This document shows positions 47,421-60,225 of a stretch of DNA of 64,000 bases, piece after piece (the first letter of the stretch is position 1; each line of letters begins with the position of its first letter). The notes below the pieces were generated by a model. That model was not told where the DNA came from. It saw only the letters and a program-made list of their open reading frames with translations, and did not search any database. The position numbers and the translations under genes are program-made. Source of the stretch: Prorocentrum cordatum (Eukaryota); contig CAUYUJ010000048.1 in NCBI GenBank assembly GCA_963575745.1, positions 310,001 to 374,000 on the forward strand, read 5' to 3'.

Positions 47421-49647
47421 CGCCGCAGGCCCCCGCCGCGCTCCGCGGGCGCAGCGCCTCGCCGCCGGCGGCGCGCCCGCGGCGGCGCGGCAGCGGCCCG
47501 GGCGGCACGCCGCGCCAGGGCGGCTGCGGCCGCGCCGGGTCCACCGGAGGGCGGCGCGGGCGCGGTGCCCAGCCGCTTCGAGCAGTGGCGAAGCGTCCTG
47601 GCTCGCCTGTGGCCCTACCAAGCAATGTTCTAAGAACCTTTTTTCTTGGCATCGCTCGGACGTGTGCATTTTTCCTTCGGCGAGGGCCATCGAGGAGCAT
47701 CCTGGATCATTTGGCGAAAAAGCCACGCACGAAATCGAACAAAAACACAGGGAATGGACGTCCGAGCGATGGCCAGGTGGCGAAGCGTCCTGGCTCGCCG
47801 GTAGCCCTATCAAGCAATGTTCTGAGAACCTTTTTTGCGGTGCCCACGAGCTGTTCTTCGAGCATGTCTGGCTGGGACTGTCTTGGTTGAGCACATTTGG
47901 TATATGTTCAAAGAACCTTGTTTTTTTGTGATTCGAACACTGTTGGGTTCTAAGAAGATTTCGTGGTAGGTCTGTAGGAACGCCGGGACGGTCGGTCCCT
48001 GCTCAACCAGCGGGTTTTTTTGCGCGCGCACATTGTTCGTTTCTAACTCTTCGAAGGTTTTTTTGATTTTTTGCTGGGGGGGGCCAAGGTCCTTTCGTTT
48101 CTGATTGTTCTATCCTGGGCCTCTTCCTGGCCACTAGGGGGCCAGGGACAATCAGAAAGGAACACAATTTGAAATGAGCACGATTAGAAATGAACGACGT
48201 GTAAGAGTGACTCTTCGCCGGAGTGACCCTTGGTGCGGGCCCACTGGGACCCCCCGATCGCCGAACGTGATGCGGCAGTAGCGTCCTGCGCGCTTGCAAA
48301 ATTGGTCCCCCCGCGGCCCCCCAAAAGCCGCGCACCGAAGGTCACTCTTACGTACCCGGGGTCACTCTTGGGTGCAGTCGAGCGGAGGTTCTCAGAAGAG
48401 GAAAAGGTACCGATGCCGCTAGCCTTCAGTCGTTTTCCCCTTTTTGGGCCTCCTGGGAGGCCCTCGTCGCAACCATTGGATTCGACTCGAATTTCTGGTC
48501 AGAACGCATCCTGGCAGAGGTCCGGGGAGTAGCGGTATCGGTATCTTTGGGTTCCCTCAGGTTCGGCGGCGAGCGAGGGGGGTAAGAGAGAAGGAGAAGG
48601 CCGTCTCAAAAGGCGGCCGGACTTCTCGGAAGCCCTCTCGCCCCTGCGAGAGGTGTTCTGTGTCTCGGGGAAGGCTCGGAAGACCTCCTCAGAAGGCCGC
48701 GGGGGACTTCCGAGCCTTCTGAGAAGGCCCCCCCCCCCTTCTCACTGCCCCCCCCCTTCTCACTGCCCCTTCTGAGAAGGCCCCCCCCCTTCTGAGAAGG
48801 TCCCCCCCCCCTTCTCACTGCCCCTCCTGGGCTCGCCGCCGAGAGGTCGGCAGCAAGAGAGCAGTGAGGATGTCAGGAGCGCCCGGGGCGCAGGAGGGGC
48901 CCTGGTGGTCGGCAGGATCCTCATGCGGGCAAAATTTCTGTCTATATCCACTGCAGTCTGGAGTTTCGGGCTCCCTTCCCAAGAAACCCGAGGCGCACTG
49001 GATGTGGATAAATGTGCCCCCTAGAGGCTCGATGTTGATCCATATCCAGTGCGCCGCGGCCTTGTGGCGCCGCTTCTAAAAAAGTCCAAAAGGCACTGGA
49101 CATGGACATGAATCATGCCCGCACCTCAGGCCCAGGTCGGGGGACCTTCTGTGTGGGCGAGGCTCGCCGTGGTCGGACAGAGCCCCGCGGTTGCTCAATC
49201 TGCAAGGGCCGACCGCAACGCTGTTTTAGCTTGGTGTGGGTGTGGGCCTGTGCTTTGAGTTTCGTGCCGTTTCTCGTCCCTGCTTCGTTCCGTTTCTCGT
49301 TTTTTTGTTGTTGCTCCACGCCTCGCCTCGCTGTTCGTTCCGTTTGGCACCGGTTCCGTTTTGAACCTTGCTTTGAACGTTTGGCGTCGTTTCGCCTCTC
49401 GTCTTCAACGCCGCTCCGTCTCTCGTTTTCAACGCCGTTGCGTCTTCAGCACCGTTGTGGTCGGTGCTTCTCTCACCGTGCGCTCCGCGCGGTGGCTGTC
49501 AGGGTCGTGGGTGGGGAGCACGTCCGCGTACGGCCTCCACAGCCCCCCGACGTTAGGATTTTGTCATTGCCTCGACCCCCAGAGGTCTGGCCCCTTCCCG
49601 GGGGCGGACTCTTCCTCCTGCGTTGTTCCTCGACGGCCCCGAGGCCC

Positions 49648-49812
49648 ACCATCTACCAAATCAACCCAACCCAACCCGAAGGCCCGAATTTGCCCTTCAT
49701 TTCCAGTGGGGGGGGGGTCGGGGAACATGGAGAAAACGCATAGGAAGCCCGTACCCCCCCCCAACCCGAAATTCGGGTCTTCGGGTTGGGCTGGGGTGGT
49801 CTGGTAGGTAGT
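49648..49812 (+). mobile_element. Family E TIR element (~165 bp), nested in family C. Other copies: 57087-57256 and 59304-59474
   Basis: acca...accaaa...cccaacccgaagg ... cttcgggttgg..tggggtgg.ctggtagg.agt; flanked by cccgaggccc / cacgaggccc (10 bp, 1 mismatch). Confidence 0.88.
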
Positions 49813-50299
49813 CACGAGGCCCGGCAGGGGCCCCCAGAGGCCGGAAATGGCGAAGAGCCTCCCGTCGTGACTTTTTGCTCATGGCTCCTGTGGGTCTGGC
49901 TCGCTCGCCTGGCCCCCCCCCCCCCGGGGGGGGGCCGCGGCCCCCGCGGGCCCTGCGGGGCGTGGCCTCTCGCGGAGATTTCCCCGCGCGCCCGTGCTCA
50001 GGACGCGTCCCGCCGCGGCCGCGCGCGCGGCAGGTCGCGCGGGCGTGGCGGCGTAGAGCCCGGCGCGGGCGCCCCGGGTTTTGTGGGCGCCCACGCTTCT
50101 GTCGGGGGCGGGAAGAGGGGGGTGATGACTAGGGGGGGGTGGATATCATGGCGGGGGCCATGATATTTCCGCAGATCTCATGGCGCTTCTTCTTACTCCA
50201 TTACGTCCCTGGCCCCCCCGCTGGGCCGCGCACATGCCGCCGGTGATGATTTGCACCCCCCCCCTCTTGGACACCCCCCTCTTAGCCGCTCCCGATCGT

Positions 50300-50748
50300 G
50301 CAAATTGGGCGTCAGTAAGCGGGCCGCGGTAGCGAAGGGTGCGTCTTCATTGGTGTCTTCAAAGGATCGGTGTGCCTCGCAATCGGCGCCCACGGCCCTG
50401 CAAACGGAGCGTTGGTCAGCGGGCCGGTGGCGAAGGGTGTGTCGTCCTTGGTGTTCTGGAACAGTCCATCTGCCGCGCAAAAGACGCCTAAGCCCTTGCC
50501 AACAGGGCGTCAGTAAACGGGCCAGTAACTAGCTATGGGTGCGTCTTCATTTGTGTTTTGAAACAGTTGATTTGCCGCGCAATAGACGCCTAGTTAAGCC
50601 CCTGCAAACGGGGCGTTAGTAGCTAAGGGTGCGTCTTCACTGGCGAAAGGAAACGATCGATGTGCCTAGCCATAGACGCCCAAGCCCCTGCCAACGGAAC
50701 GTTAGTAAACTGGCTGGTAGGTAATGGTGTGTTTTCATTGGCGTTTTC
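50300..50748. repeat. Degenerate ~100-bp tandem repeat, ~4.5 copies
   Basis: gcgt.agta...agggtgcgtcttca.t.g...agacgcc..agccc.tgc.aac recurs. Confidence 0.75.
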
Positions 50749-51538
50749 ACGTAACCTGGGTCGCCGCGCGCGAGTGCGAGGTACTCCCCCCCCCGTCTAG
50801 AGTTGTGATGATGTGTCGATGTTTCTGCCGCCCCGACGCATCACGCACGAATGCGAGGTAAACGCCCCGTCGTCGCCCCGCTCTCGCTTGACAAGGCCTC
50901 GTAGCTCACCGCCCCGTTTCCTGACGCCCCGTCTGCAGGGGCCAACGACGCTGCCAGTGGCCCAGAGTCGGTTGACGTCGAGCGGTCTGCGCCACGGCCG
51001 GCCCGAGGTAGAAGAGCGAGGTCGGTTCGGGGAGGGTAGTTGCCCTAAGCTTCTTCGTGTTTTTGTTGGGTGCCCCTGTGACCTCAGGATGCTCTGCGTG
51101 CTTTGCCGGCGGAGGGTCTCCTGTTCTTGGAGGGTGGCCTTGTGTCCCAGGTCCGACTGGATCGGGTGGCCGCGATCGTTGCGCACGGTCGGCGTAAGTC
51201 GGGCCTGTCCCTCTACAGGAGGAATCATCAAAAATAGTCCAACAATAGTCTGGGGAAGACTTCTCGGCCATATTTTGCTTATGTTAGCATATCTTTTGGC
51301 AATGTTCAGATTTTCGCCCAGAATCCATCCGCCTGTAGGGGGGCCTGCCCGACCTAAGCGTACGTGCAGGAGGTCTGCCCAGATTGTAGACGCTGCCAGG
51401 GGCCCAGAAACCCGCTGACCGCTCGCGCGACCTGCGCCATCGGCGAGCTGCGAGCGCACAGGGTCGAGCGATCCGTGCGGCATCCGAAGCCAACTCCCGC
51501 GACGCCGCCTCGCGAGCCTGAGGTCACCTCACGGACCC

Positions 51539-53430
51539 GCCAGCGCCCGCAGCGTCGCCTCCGTCGTGCCCTGGCATTCCAGACCTCAGACTGCGAGGGC
51601 GCGGATCAGTCATGGGCGCGGTCGCCGCTCGCGGCAAACGGGAGGGGAACTCGTGAGACGGGGCCTCTCTGGGAGGCCAGCGCCCGCAGCGTCGCCTCCG
51701 TCGTGCCCTGGCATTCCAGACCTCAGACTGCGAGGGCGCGGATCAGTCATGGGCGCGGTCGCCGCTCGCGGCAAACGGGAGGGGAACTCGTGAGACGGGG
51801 CCTCTCTGGGAGGCCAGCGCCCGCAGCGTCGCCTCCGTCGTGCCCTGGCATTCCAGACCTCAGACTGCGAAGGCGCGGATCACTTATGGGCGCGGTCGCC
51901 GCTCGCGGCAAACGGGAGGGGAACTCGTGAGACGGGGCCTCTCTGGGAGGCCAGCGCCCGCAGCGTCGCCTCCGTCGTGCCCTGGCATTCCAGACCTCAG
52001 ACTGCGCGGGCGTGGATCACTTATGGCGCGGTCGCGGCCGCAGGCCAAACGGGAGGGGCACCACGTGAGACGGGGCCTCTCTGGAGGCCAGCGCCCGCAG
52101 CGTCGCCTCCGTCGTGCCCTGGCATTCCAGACCTCAGACTGCGATGGCGCGGATCACTTATGGGCGCGGTCGCCGCTCGCGGCAAACGGGAGGGGAACTC
52201 GTGAGACGGGGCCTCTCTGGGAGGCCAGCGCCCGCAGCGTCGCCTCCGTCGTGCCCTGGCATTCCAGACCTCAGACTGCGAGGGCGCGGATCAGTCGCGG
52301 GCGCGGTCGCCGCTCGCGGCATACGGGAGGGGAACTCGTGAGACGGGGCCTCTCTGGGGGGCCAGCGCCCGCAGCGTCGCCTCCGTCGTGCCCTGGCATC
52401 CCAGTCCTCAGACTGCGCGGGCGCGTATCAGCCACGGACGCGGTCGCCGCTCGCGGCAAACGGGAGGGGAACTCGTGAGACGGGGCTTCTCTGGGAGGCC
52501 AGCGCCCGCAGCGTCGCCTCCGTCGTGCCCTGGCATTCCAGACCTCAGACTGCGAGGGCGCGGATCACTTATGGGCGCGGCCGCCGCTCGCGGTAAACGG
52601 GAGTAGATGTTTTGAGGCGGGGCCTCTCTGGGAGGCCAGCGCCCGCAGCGTCGCCTCCGTCGTGCCCTGGCATTCCAGACCTCAGACTGCGAAGGGGCGG
52701 ATCAGTCACGGGCGCGGTCGCCGCTCGCGGCATACGGGAGGGGAACTCGTGAGACGGGGCCTCTCTGGGGGGCCAGCGCCCGCAGCGTCGCCTCCGTCGT
52801 GCCCTGGCATCCCAGTCCTCAGACTGCGCGGGCGCGTATCAGCCACGGACGCGGTCGCCGCTCGCGGCAAACGGGAGGGGAACTCGTGAGACGGGGCTTC
52901 TCTGGGAGGCCAGCGCCCGCAGCGTCGCCTCCGTCGTGCCCTGGCATTCCAGACCTCAGACTGCGAGGGCGCGGATCACTTATGGGCGCGGCCGCCGCTC
53001 GCGGTAAACGGGAGTAGATGTTTTGAGGCGGGGCCTCTCTGGGGGGCCAGCGCCCGCAGCGTCGCCTCCGTCGTGCCCTGGCATTCCAGTCCTCAGACTG
53101 CGAAGGGGCGGATCAGTCACGGGCGCGGTCGCCGCTCGCGGCAAACGGGGGGAGATGTTTCGAGACGGGGCTTCTCTGGGAGGCCAGCGCCCGCAGCGTC
53201 GCCTCCGTCGTGCCCTTGCATTCCAGACCTCAGACTGCGAGGGCGTGGCTCAGTTATGGGCGCGGTCGCCGCTCGCGGCAAACGGGAGGGGGAACTCGTG
53301 GGGCGGGGCCTCTCTGGGTGGCCAGCGCCCGCAACGTCGCCTCCGTCGTGCCCCTGAATTCCAGACTGCGAGGGCGTGGGCCAGTTATGGGTGCGTTCGC
53401 CGCTCGCGGTAGACGGGAGGGGAACTCGTG
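51539..53430. repeat. 137-bp tandem satellite, ~14 copies, with a 411-bp higher-order duplication
   Basis: gccagcgcccgcagcgtcgcctccgtcgtgccctggcattccagacctcagactgcg every 137 nt; diagnostic variants recur 411 nt apart. Confidence 0.97.
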
Positions 53431-53600
53431 AAACGCCGCCTCCCTGGGAGCCCGTCAGCGCGCGATTTTGTTCGTCTCTCTGTCTGACGGCCCAGTGGTT
53501 CGTCCGCGTGGCGTGCCGATGGGCTCCCGTAGGCGGCGCGTGCGTCATTGGAATTGTTGTTGCGCCTCCCCCCCCAGCGTAAAGCTCGGGCTCGAGGTGT

Positions 53601-53700
53601 NNNNNNNNNNNNNNNNNNNNNNNNNNNNNNNNNNNNNNNNNNNNNNNNNNNNNNNNNNNNNNNNNNNNNNNNNNNNNNNNNNNNNNNNNNNNNNNNNNNN
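53601..53700. other. Assembly gap (100 N)
   Basis: Run of N. Confidence 0.99.
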
Positions 53701-54379
53701 GGCAGACGGGTCCAGAAGTCCATAGCCCCTCAGAATTCTCCACAGTCTCCCAGATGACACATAAAAAACAACACATGATTTTCATGTTTCTCTCTTTTCC
53801 CCTGTCCGCCTCCTCCTGGCATCAAACGCCGTGAAGGGAGGACAGATGCTGGGTTGGTATGAGTGTGTGTGTGTGTGCTTTCTTTCTCGCTATCGTTCTC
53901 TCTCTCTCTCTCTCTTTCTCTGTTTGGTCTCTCTCTCTCTCTTTCTCCTGTGCCCCTCTCTCTCTTCCTCTTTCTCTCTCTTTCTTTGCCTCTCTCTGTC
54001 CCTCGAGCCCAGGCCGAACTTCCCTGCCGCCTGCGTTCGGCCACTGCCATGTCACCCCCAACGCAAAGCAGAAGGATGAATAATAGGGGGCCGAGGAGGA
54101 GCAGTAGCAGGAAGGACTCTCATATGCCGTAGCCGTATGGCATGTGGATGGGGGGAATAGGATGGATGGGGGAGGAACGATGATGGAGAGGAGGACCATG
54201 GACGAGGGATAAGGGCGACGAGAACGGAGTAATGCCACCTTGTGATTAGCAAATGATGGACCCCCCGTGGCTGATGAATGGACCCCTCGGGGCGCGAAAC
54301 AATTCTTTGAATCACGCGCGCCAGGACTCGGAGAGCTTGGGGAACCACCGCGCCGCGGATGATGACAAACGGCATGCAC

Positions 54380-54790
54380 GACGAGGAAGCGAAGACGGAA
54401 GAGGAGGAAGAAGAGGAGGATGAGGAGGAGAAAGAGGACGACGACGACAAGGAGGAGGAGGAGAAGGAGAAGGAGGAGGAGGAGGAGGAGAAGGAGGAGG
54501 AGGAGGACACAGAGGAGGAGGAGGAGGAGGAAGAGGAGGAGGAGGAGGAGGAGGAGGAAAGGGGAGGGGGAGGGGGAGGAGGAGGAGGATGAGGAGGAGA
54601 GGAGGAGGAGGAGGAGGAGTGAGGAAGGAGGAGGAGGAGGAGGACAATGAGGAGGAGGAGGAGAGGAGGAGAGAGGAGGAGGAGGAGGACAAGGAGACAA
54701 GGAGGATAGAGGAGGAGGAGGAGAAGGAGGAGGAGGAGGAGGAGAGGGAGGGGGAAGAGGAGGAGGACGAGGAGGAGGAGGAGGAGCTGC
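54380..54790. repeat. (GAG)n tract. Similar GAG/CTC tracts occur at ~3880-4000, 23120-23275, 43740-44110, 45640-46140, 55460-55580 and 57790-57900
   Basis: Direct reading of the sequence. Confidence 0.95.
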
Positions 54791-56049
54791 TGCTGCTCCT
54801 GTCGCTTTCTCGCTGGCGGCTGGGCGTCGGCGCTAGTCGGCGGCGCCGCCGCGTTGTGGTTCAGGGTGGCGCGCGCCACCCCGCGATTCGCCTGAGCAGG
54901 CAAACGTTTCTCTTAATCGCACGAGCCCCATTGATTCGTTGAGCACAAGCTGACGTCAAGAGAGGAGGAGGGAGCTTGGTCTTATGCACCATGCGTGAGG
55001 AGTGCGCGGTGGCACTGCAGGAGGGAGGAGGCGAAGGAGGAGGAGGAGGAGGAGGAGGAGGAGGAGGGGCAGGAGGAGGAGGAGGAGGGTGACGAAGACG
55101 ACGACTTCGGATCCTGACCCCCAGACGTCCGAGGTTCCCAGAGGCTTGTGGGTGGGCGGCCTGAAGAGGGCCAACCAAAAACTTTAAAACCGGCCGAAGA
55201 CCAGCACACGCCTCCTGCCCCCGACCCTCGCCTCCCCCCCCCTTAAGCCCCCACGACGGGAGGTTTTTTTCTATGTTTCCTTCGGCCCTCGGGAAGCCTC
55301 ACCGGGCCCCAGGGTCCCTCACGGGACGACTCCGGATGAGAGAAGCCGGTCCTGCCACGGGGAAGGGGCCCGGACCTCCCAAGGGGTCGTCGTGTCTGAA
55401 ACATCATGGCGTCGGGGGTCTGTGCCCGCCCCCCCCCCCAGCTCAGGAAAGCATGCAATAGCCTCCCCTCTCCTCCTCCTCTCCCCTCAATCTCCTCCTC
55501 CGCCTCCTCCTCCTCCTCCTCCTCCTCCTCCTCCTCCTCCTCCTCCTCCTCCTCCTCCTCCTCCTCCTCCTCCTCCTCCTCCAACCACGCAGCAACATTC
55601 ATCCCCGACCCTCACCTTCCCCCCCCCCCCAAGCTCAGGGAAGCATGCAAGAGCCTCCCTCCCCTGAACCCTCACCGCCCCCCTATTCCTCCACGCAGAA
55701 GGCTCCCGCCTCGACCCGCCTCGGCCCTCCTCCTCCCAGAGGTGGAGGGAGGAGATCCGTGAGCACTGAGGAGGGAGCACGTATTCATCCAGGATGCGGG
55801 CCTAGCAGGATTTTCTTCTCCATGTCCGCTTCGGGGAAATTTAAGCCGCGGGCGTTTTGTTGGTGAACAGCTGACCCCCTGGCTCCGCTGAAACTGGGCC
55901 CCGGCAGTGCTCCACTCTCCCCAACCCGTTCCCCACGATCCAGCCACCCCCCCACCGACCCCTCAACGCGATCATGCAGATGTTGGGTGTTCTTCTGCAC
56001 GGCACGCGCTGTGGCAGGACAAGCTAGGAAAGAAGGGTAGCACCATTGA

Positions 56050-56945
56050 AAGCTGTAAAATTGACTATGGGATGGACTTTCCCAGTTCCTGATCTTATCA
56101 CATTGCCCAAGTACATTTGCATGTGGTTTCTGTTCACTGGTTCGGAAGCTCTGGAAAAGGAGTCTATTTCGTCCTTTCCGAATTGCTACAACTAACCTAC
56201 TACATTGTCAAGGTTTGCGAAACACTGTATTCTGGTGTGGGAATACTGTATATGCGCGCCTGGAAAACAGGTGGTTCCTCCGACACTGCGCTGCATACCC
56301 TTCGAGTGACCGGATAAAGCAGGTGAAGTGAGAGAAATTGAATTGCCGTTCTCATCACTAGAGTTGCCTTCCTCCAAGGTTGCCTTGCCTGTCTGATCTT
56401 CGTTGGCCTTCCCAACTTTCTTGGATGCTGATCGCCCGTCATCGTGGCAACGACGTCTCCGTTGCAATCTGCTGATCTTTCCTCTGGCCTCGTCGCGCTG
56501 CTTGATCAATGCGACATCTGTAGGTTCCTGAGTGGCCTTACCCACTGACTTCAACTTGACCAGGTAAGCTGTCCTCACATTATCCTTCATATTGTCAGCC
56601 GGTGACCTTTTGACCTTCTGTCCTTCGTCGGTTGATGTGAGACCGAGCTGGACTTCAAGGGCATTTATTTCTCCCCGCATGTGTTGTTACTCTGTCTGCA
56701 CCGCTGCGGCGTATCTTCGCTGGACACCTTAGTCCTTGACTTCTCTGTTGTGGCTCTTGGAGGCGTCGGTAGCCATGAACAGTTTTCCGATGCAGCGGGC
56801 GGAGTAGCTTAGTCTGGACCTTTCCATGGGAGCCCACATGCACACGTAGATGTAGTAGACATGTGCTTGCAACACAACCAATTCATGCTTCCAACATGGC
56901 AAACTACGTATGCTGCCTTCTTCTTGAGGTCGCCGTGCTCATGCC
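56050..56945 (-). pseudogene. Lower-GC decayed coding fragment, possibly ORF1 of a non-LTR retrotransposon
   Basis: Minus strand YVVCHVGSMNWLCCKHMSTTSTCACGLPW (Cys-rich, zinc-finger-like) is followed by a helical K/E-rich segment (56192-56680), with stops and frameshifts. Confidence 0.3.
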
Positions 56946-57299
56946 TCTGCGTTTTCCATGGCCCATCGGCACGACGAAAGCTGGTGCAGGGCGCGCCCGC
57001 GCGGGCTCTGGCACTCCTGATGCCGCCCTGAGGACTGCACTGCTTGCGCCACAACGGCTACGGGATCTTCCCGGGAGGGGGAGGTCACCACCCACCAAAC
57101 CACCCCGACCCAACCCGAAGGCCTCAATTTGCCCTCCATTCCAGCGTGGGGGGGGGGGGTCGGGGAACACTGAACAAAACACATATGGAACCCGTAACCC
57201 CCCCCAACCCGAAATTGGGATCTTCGGGTTGGGTTGGGGGTGGCCTGGTAGGCAGTCAGGAGGACGACCACGACGACACCGACGTCGACGACGACGGGC

Positions 57300-60225
57300 G
57301 CGGGGGGCCCCTGCGCGCGGCGAGGGAGCGAGAGAGACCGCCCCGCCCAGTGTGGGTCGGCTGCCTGGGCGCCCTCCGCGGCCGCCCCTCCGTGCTCGCG
57401 CAGGACCGGCCGAGCGCGCGCGCGCGCGCGGGCTCGGCGCGCGCGCGCGGCGACGCCGAGGCGGCCGACGGCGACGGCCGACGAGGACGGACGGCGGCGG
57501 GCGACGACGGCCAGAGGAGGAGCAGGTGCCGCTGCCGCTGCTCGGCCGCGAGGGGCCCCGGGCCGCCCCGCGCCCGGAGTCGCCTCGAGGTGCTGAGAGG
57601 TGCCGGTCGGGGCGCGCCGCCGGAGAGGTCCGGGGCGGAGCGGCGTCGGCATCGTCTTGCGTCCGCGCGCTCGGCGGCGGCGGCGGCGACGGGCGGCGGG
57701 CGCCGGCAGGGCGACGGAGGGGCACGCCAGGCCCTCCTCATCGCTGTACTCTCGTGCCTCCCCATCTCTCCCCCGCCTCCCCATCTCTCCCCCTCCTCCT
57801 CCTCCTCCTCCTCCTCCTCCTCCTCCTCCTCCTCCTCCTCCTCCTCCTCCTCCTGCTCCTCCTCCTGCTCCTCCTCCCTCTCCTCCTCCTCCTCCTCCTC
57901 TCTCCCTCCCCTCCCCGCTTCCTCTGTCAGTCCTCTCCCTGTGGTCCCGTCCTCCCCTCGCCTCCTCCGCTCCCGCTTCTGCGCTGCCGCCGCCTCCCTC
58001 GTCGTGTACCTCGTTTCCCCTGCCACTCCTCTGGCTCCAACCCTCGTCTCGTGGGTGTATTGCTCTTGGCCTCAAGTCACGCCGGGCCCAACTGGGCCGC
58101 CGGACTGGGCCCAATCCGGCCTGTGTGGCCACATGCGCGCTCTTCACCTGACAAGTATAACCATGCTGGCCTCCCGCGCGCCAAACGGGCACCATCCCGT
58201 CAAATCATGTCACGCTTGTGCGTCGTGTACGTGGCTATGTTCAAGCAGTACCATGGGGAACCCCGCATGCGCCAGCTCCAAGCAACGCAAGTCTCCCCGC
58301 GCCGAAAGGGCACCATTTCTACCAACCCCTGGATTCACAAGTTGGGATCGGGATAATGCGAGGGGGCCGCACCCTGGGCCCTCCCTCGTCGATTGACCCT
58401 CGAGCGTTGATCTTCGACCGACCCCAAGATGACTCCAGGACAGGCCCGTGTTCTGGACGACGGATCTGCACAGCAGGGCGTTGAACGCTGCAGCGGAAAG
58501 TTCTGTTTAGAACCGTGCGCACCCTGAGGGAAATTGGCTACCCCGAAAGAGGCCAGAGGATGTTTCTTGAGGAAGTCCCAAGCAAAATCGCCAGTCTCTG
58601 GCGGCATCGGCATCGATCTTAATATTTTGCCGATGAAGTCCCTAGAGAAATCGCTAGTTTCAGACGGCATGGCAAATTTTCAGATGGCCCTGGAAGGCGA
58701 CCTGGTTTTTGTTGAGGAAGTCTCAGTCTCCATCCCCTCCTCGCGTGCTGCATCCCGTCGTTCCTCCTTTCCGTCATCTCTCCCTCGGGACGCACAGGCA
58801 CAGACACATACATCAGCTATGCTATGACAAATAGTTGGAGCACTGGGCGGAGTCACAAGCGGACTCGGATGATCTCAGATGGTCAAGCAGATGGGCTGGG
58901 AGGCAGACGTATGCACAGACACCGACGCTTTGTGCCGAAACCGACGCGGAAGCAGACGCATCGATAGACAGGATGTGCCAACCTGTACGCCTGCACGTGC
59001 GCGGAAACGGGCAGACGGGCAAGCAGGCATGCGGGGGCAGGCGAGGTGCCGCCGGTGAGGAGATGACGAGGGCCGTGCACGCACTGCCGGGCATCCGTGA
59101 GCAGTTCGCCGACGACCCAGTCACCAGCGTCAGCATTGACGAGGGCAACGGCTGGGCATTCGTCGAGCTGGCCAGCAGGGAGCTGGCTGGCGCTCTGGTC
59201 TCAGTGGGCCGGCTGTGGCTGAGCAGCGGGGGGCGAGTGAGCGTGGGATGGCCGGCGGCCCAGGCATGGGGGAGCAAAAAGATACTACATGGCACCATTG
59301 CTCACCACCCACCAAAACACCCCAGCCCAACCCGAAGGCTTCGATTTGCCTTCCATTTCTAGTTTGGGGGGTTCGGGGAATATTGAACAAACACATATGA
59401 AACCCGTACCCCCCTCCCCCAACCCGAAGTTCGGGTCTTCGGGTTGGCTTGGGGTGGTCTGGTAATTAGGCAGTCAGGTGCTCTCCAGACCTCAACCCTC
59501 GGGCCAGAGTTTCGGGGCCAGCCGGAGCGACGAGGGCTCCCCCCCCTTCTTTGGAGGCCCCAATGGGCGAGACCGAGGGAAGGGCATGGGCCGTATGGGT
59601 GTCGTCATTGTTTCGGTGGTTTGAAGATGGGGTCTGCAGGCATGGGCCCCGAGGATCGGAAGAGAGCCAAGCGTGGATCTCCGCCGTTTGAGGCACCTCG
59701 GCCGCAGGACCCCATCGCTCAGGACCTCATCTGTGAACCACCGCTTCGTGCTGAGAACCAGCCACAAGTGGGAGACGTGGTCCTCCCCCCCCTGGGGGGC
59801 CCCATCGTGGGGCGACGAGCTCTATGCAGATCCACTGCTCCTGGCCGGGCCCACCCTGGGCCCAGGGGCTGTGTCTACGCCGTCCCTGGCCAGGCGCCGC
59901 GGCTACGCACAGATCTCGTCGCCCTACGTCGGCGGAGTAAGGAGCGCAGCTCCCCTCGTCGTGGCTGATCCGCTGGCCCCCTCGGAAGGCGCAGCGAGCG
60001 CCAGCACGCCTGGCCTCCCCGGACCCGGCCAGGCGTCAGCCCGGGGCCGGGCACGCCGCCGCGCCAGACTGCGGCGTCGACCTCTGGCTGGGGGCCCCGC
60101 CGGAGAGCGCCATCGGGGAGAGGCTGGACTGCGAGATCTACATGCGCTGCGCCGGCAGGCTCGAGTCGATGCCCGTGTGGCGCTCCGCAGGAGGGGAGGA
60201 GCGCGAGGTCACGGTAGGGATACGG
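57300..60225 (+). CDS. RRM-containing RNA-binding protein resembling U2AF65-type RRMs, partial. Predicted exons: ~57300-57403, 59060-59263, 59640-?, ~60100-60225
   Basis: RNP2-like VWVGCL joins via GA-AG intron 57404-59059 to EMTRAVHALPGIREQFADDPVTSVSIDEGNGWAFVELASRELA, which contains RNP1-like NGWAFVEL. The next intron, 59264-59639, is GC-AG and bounded by the direct repeat caggcatggg. Confidence 0.65.

Noticed and set aside
46749..47931. Long Arg-rich ORFs
   Set aside because: They come from (GTC/GCC)n repeats and two family A copies; GC-rich DNA lacks stops by chance.
51539..53430. CRISPR array
   Set aside because: Whole 137-bp units repeat with no unique spacers and there are no cas genes; it is a satellite.
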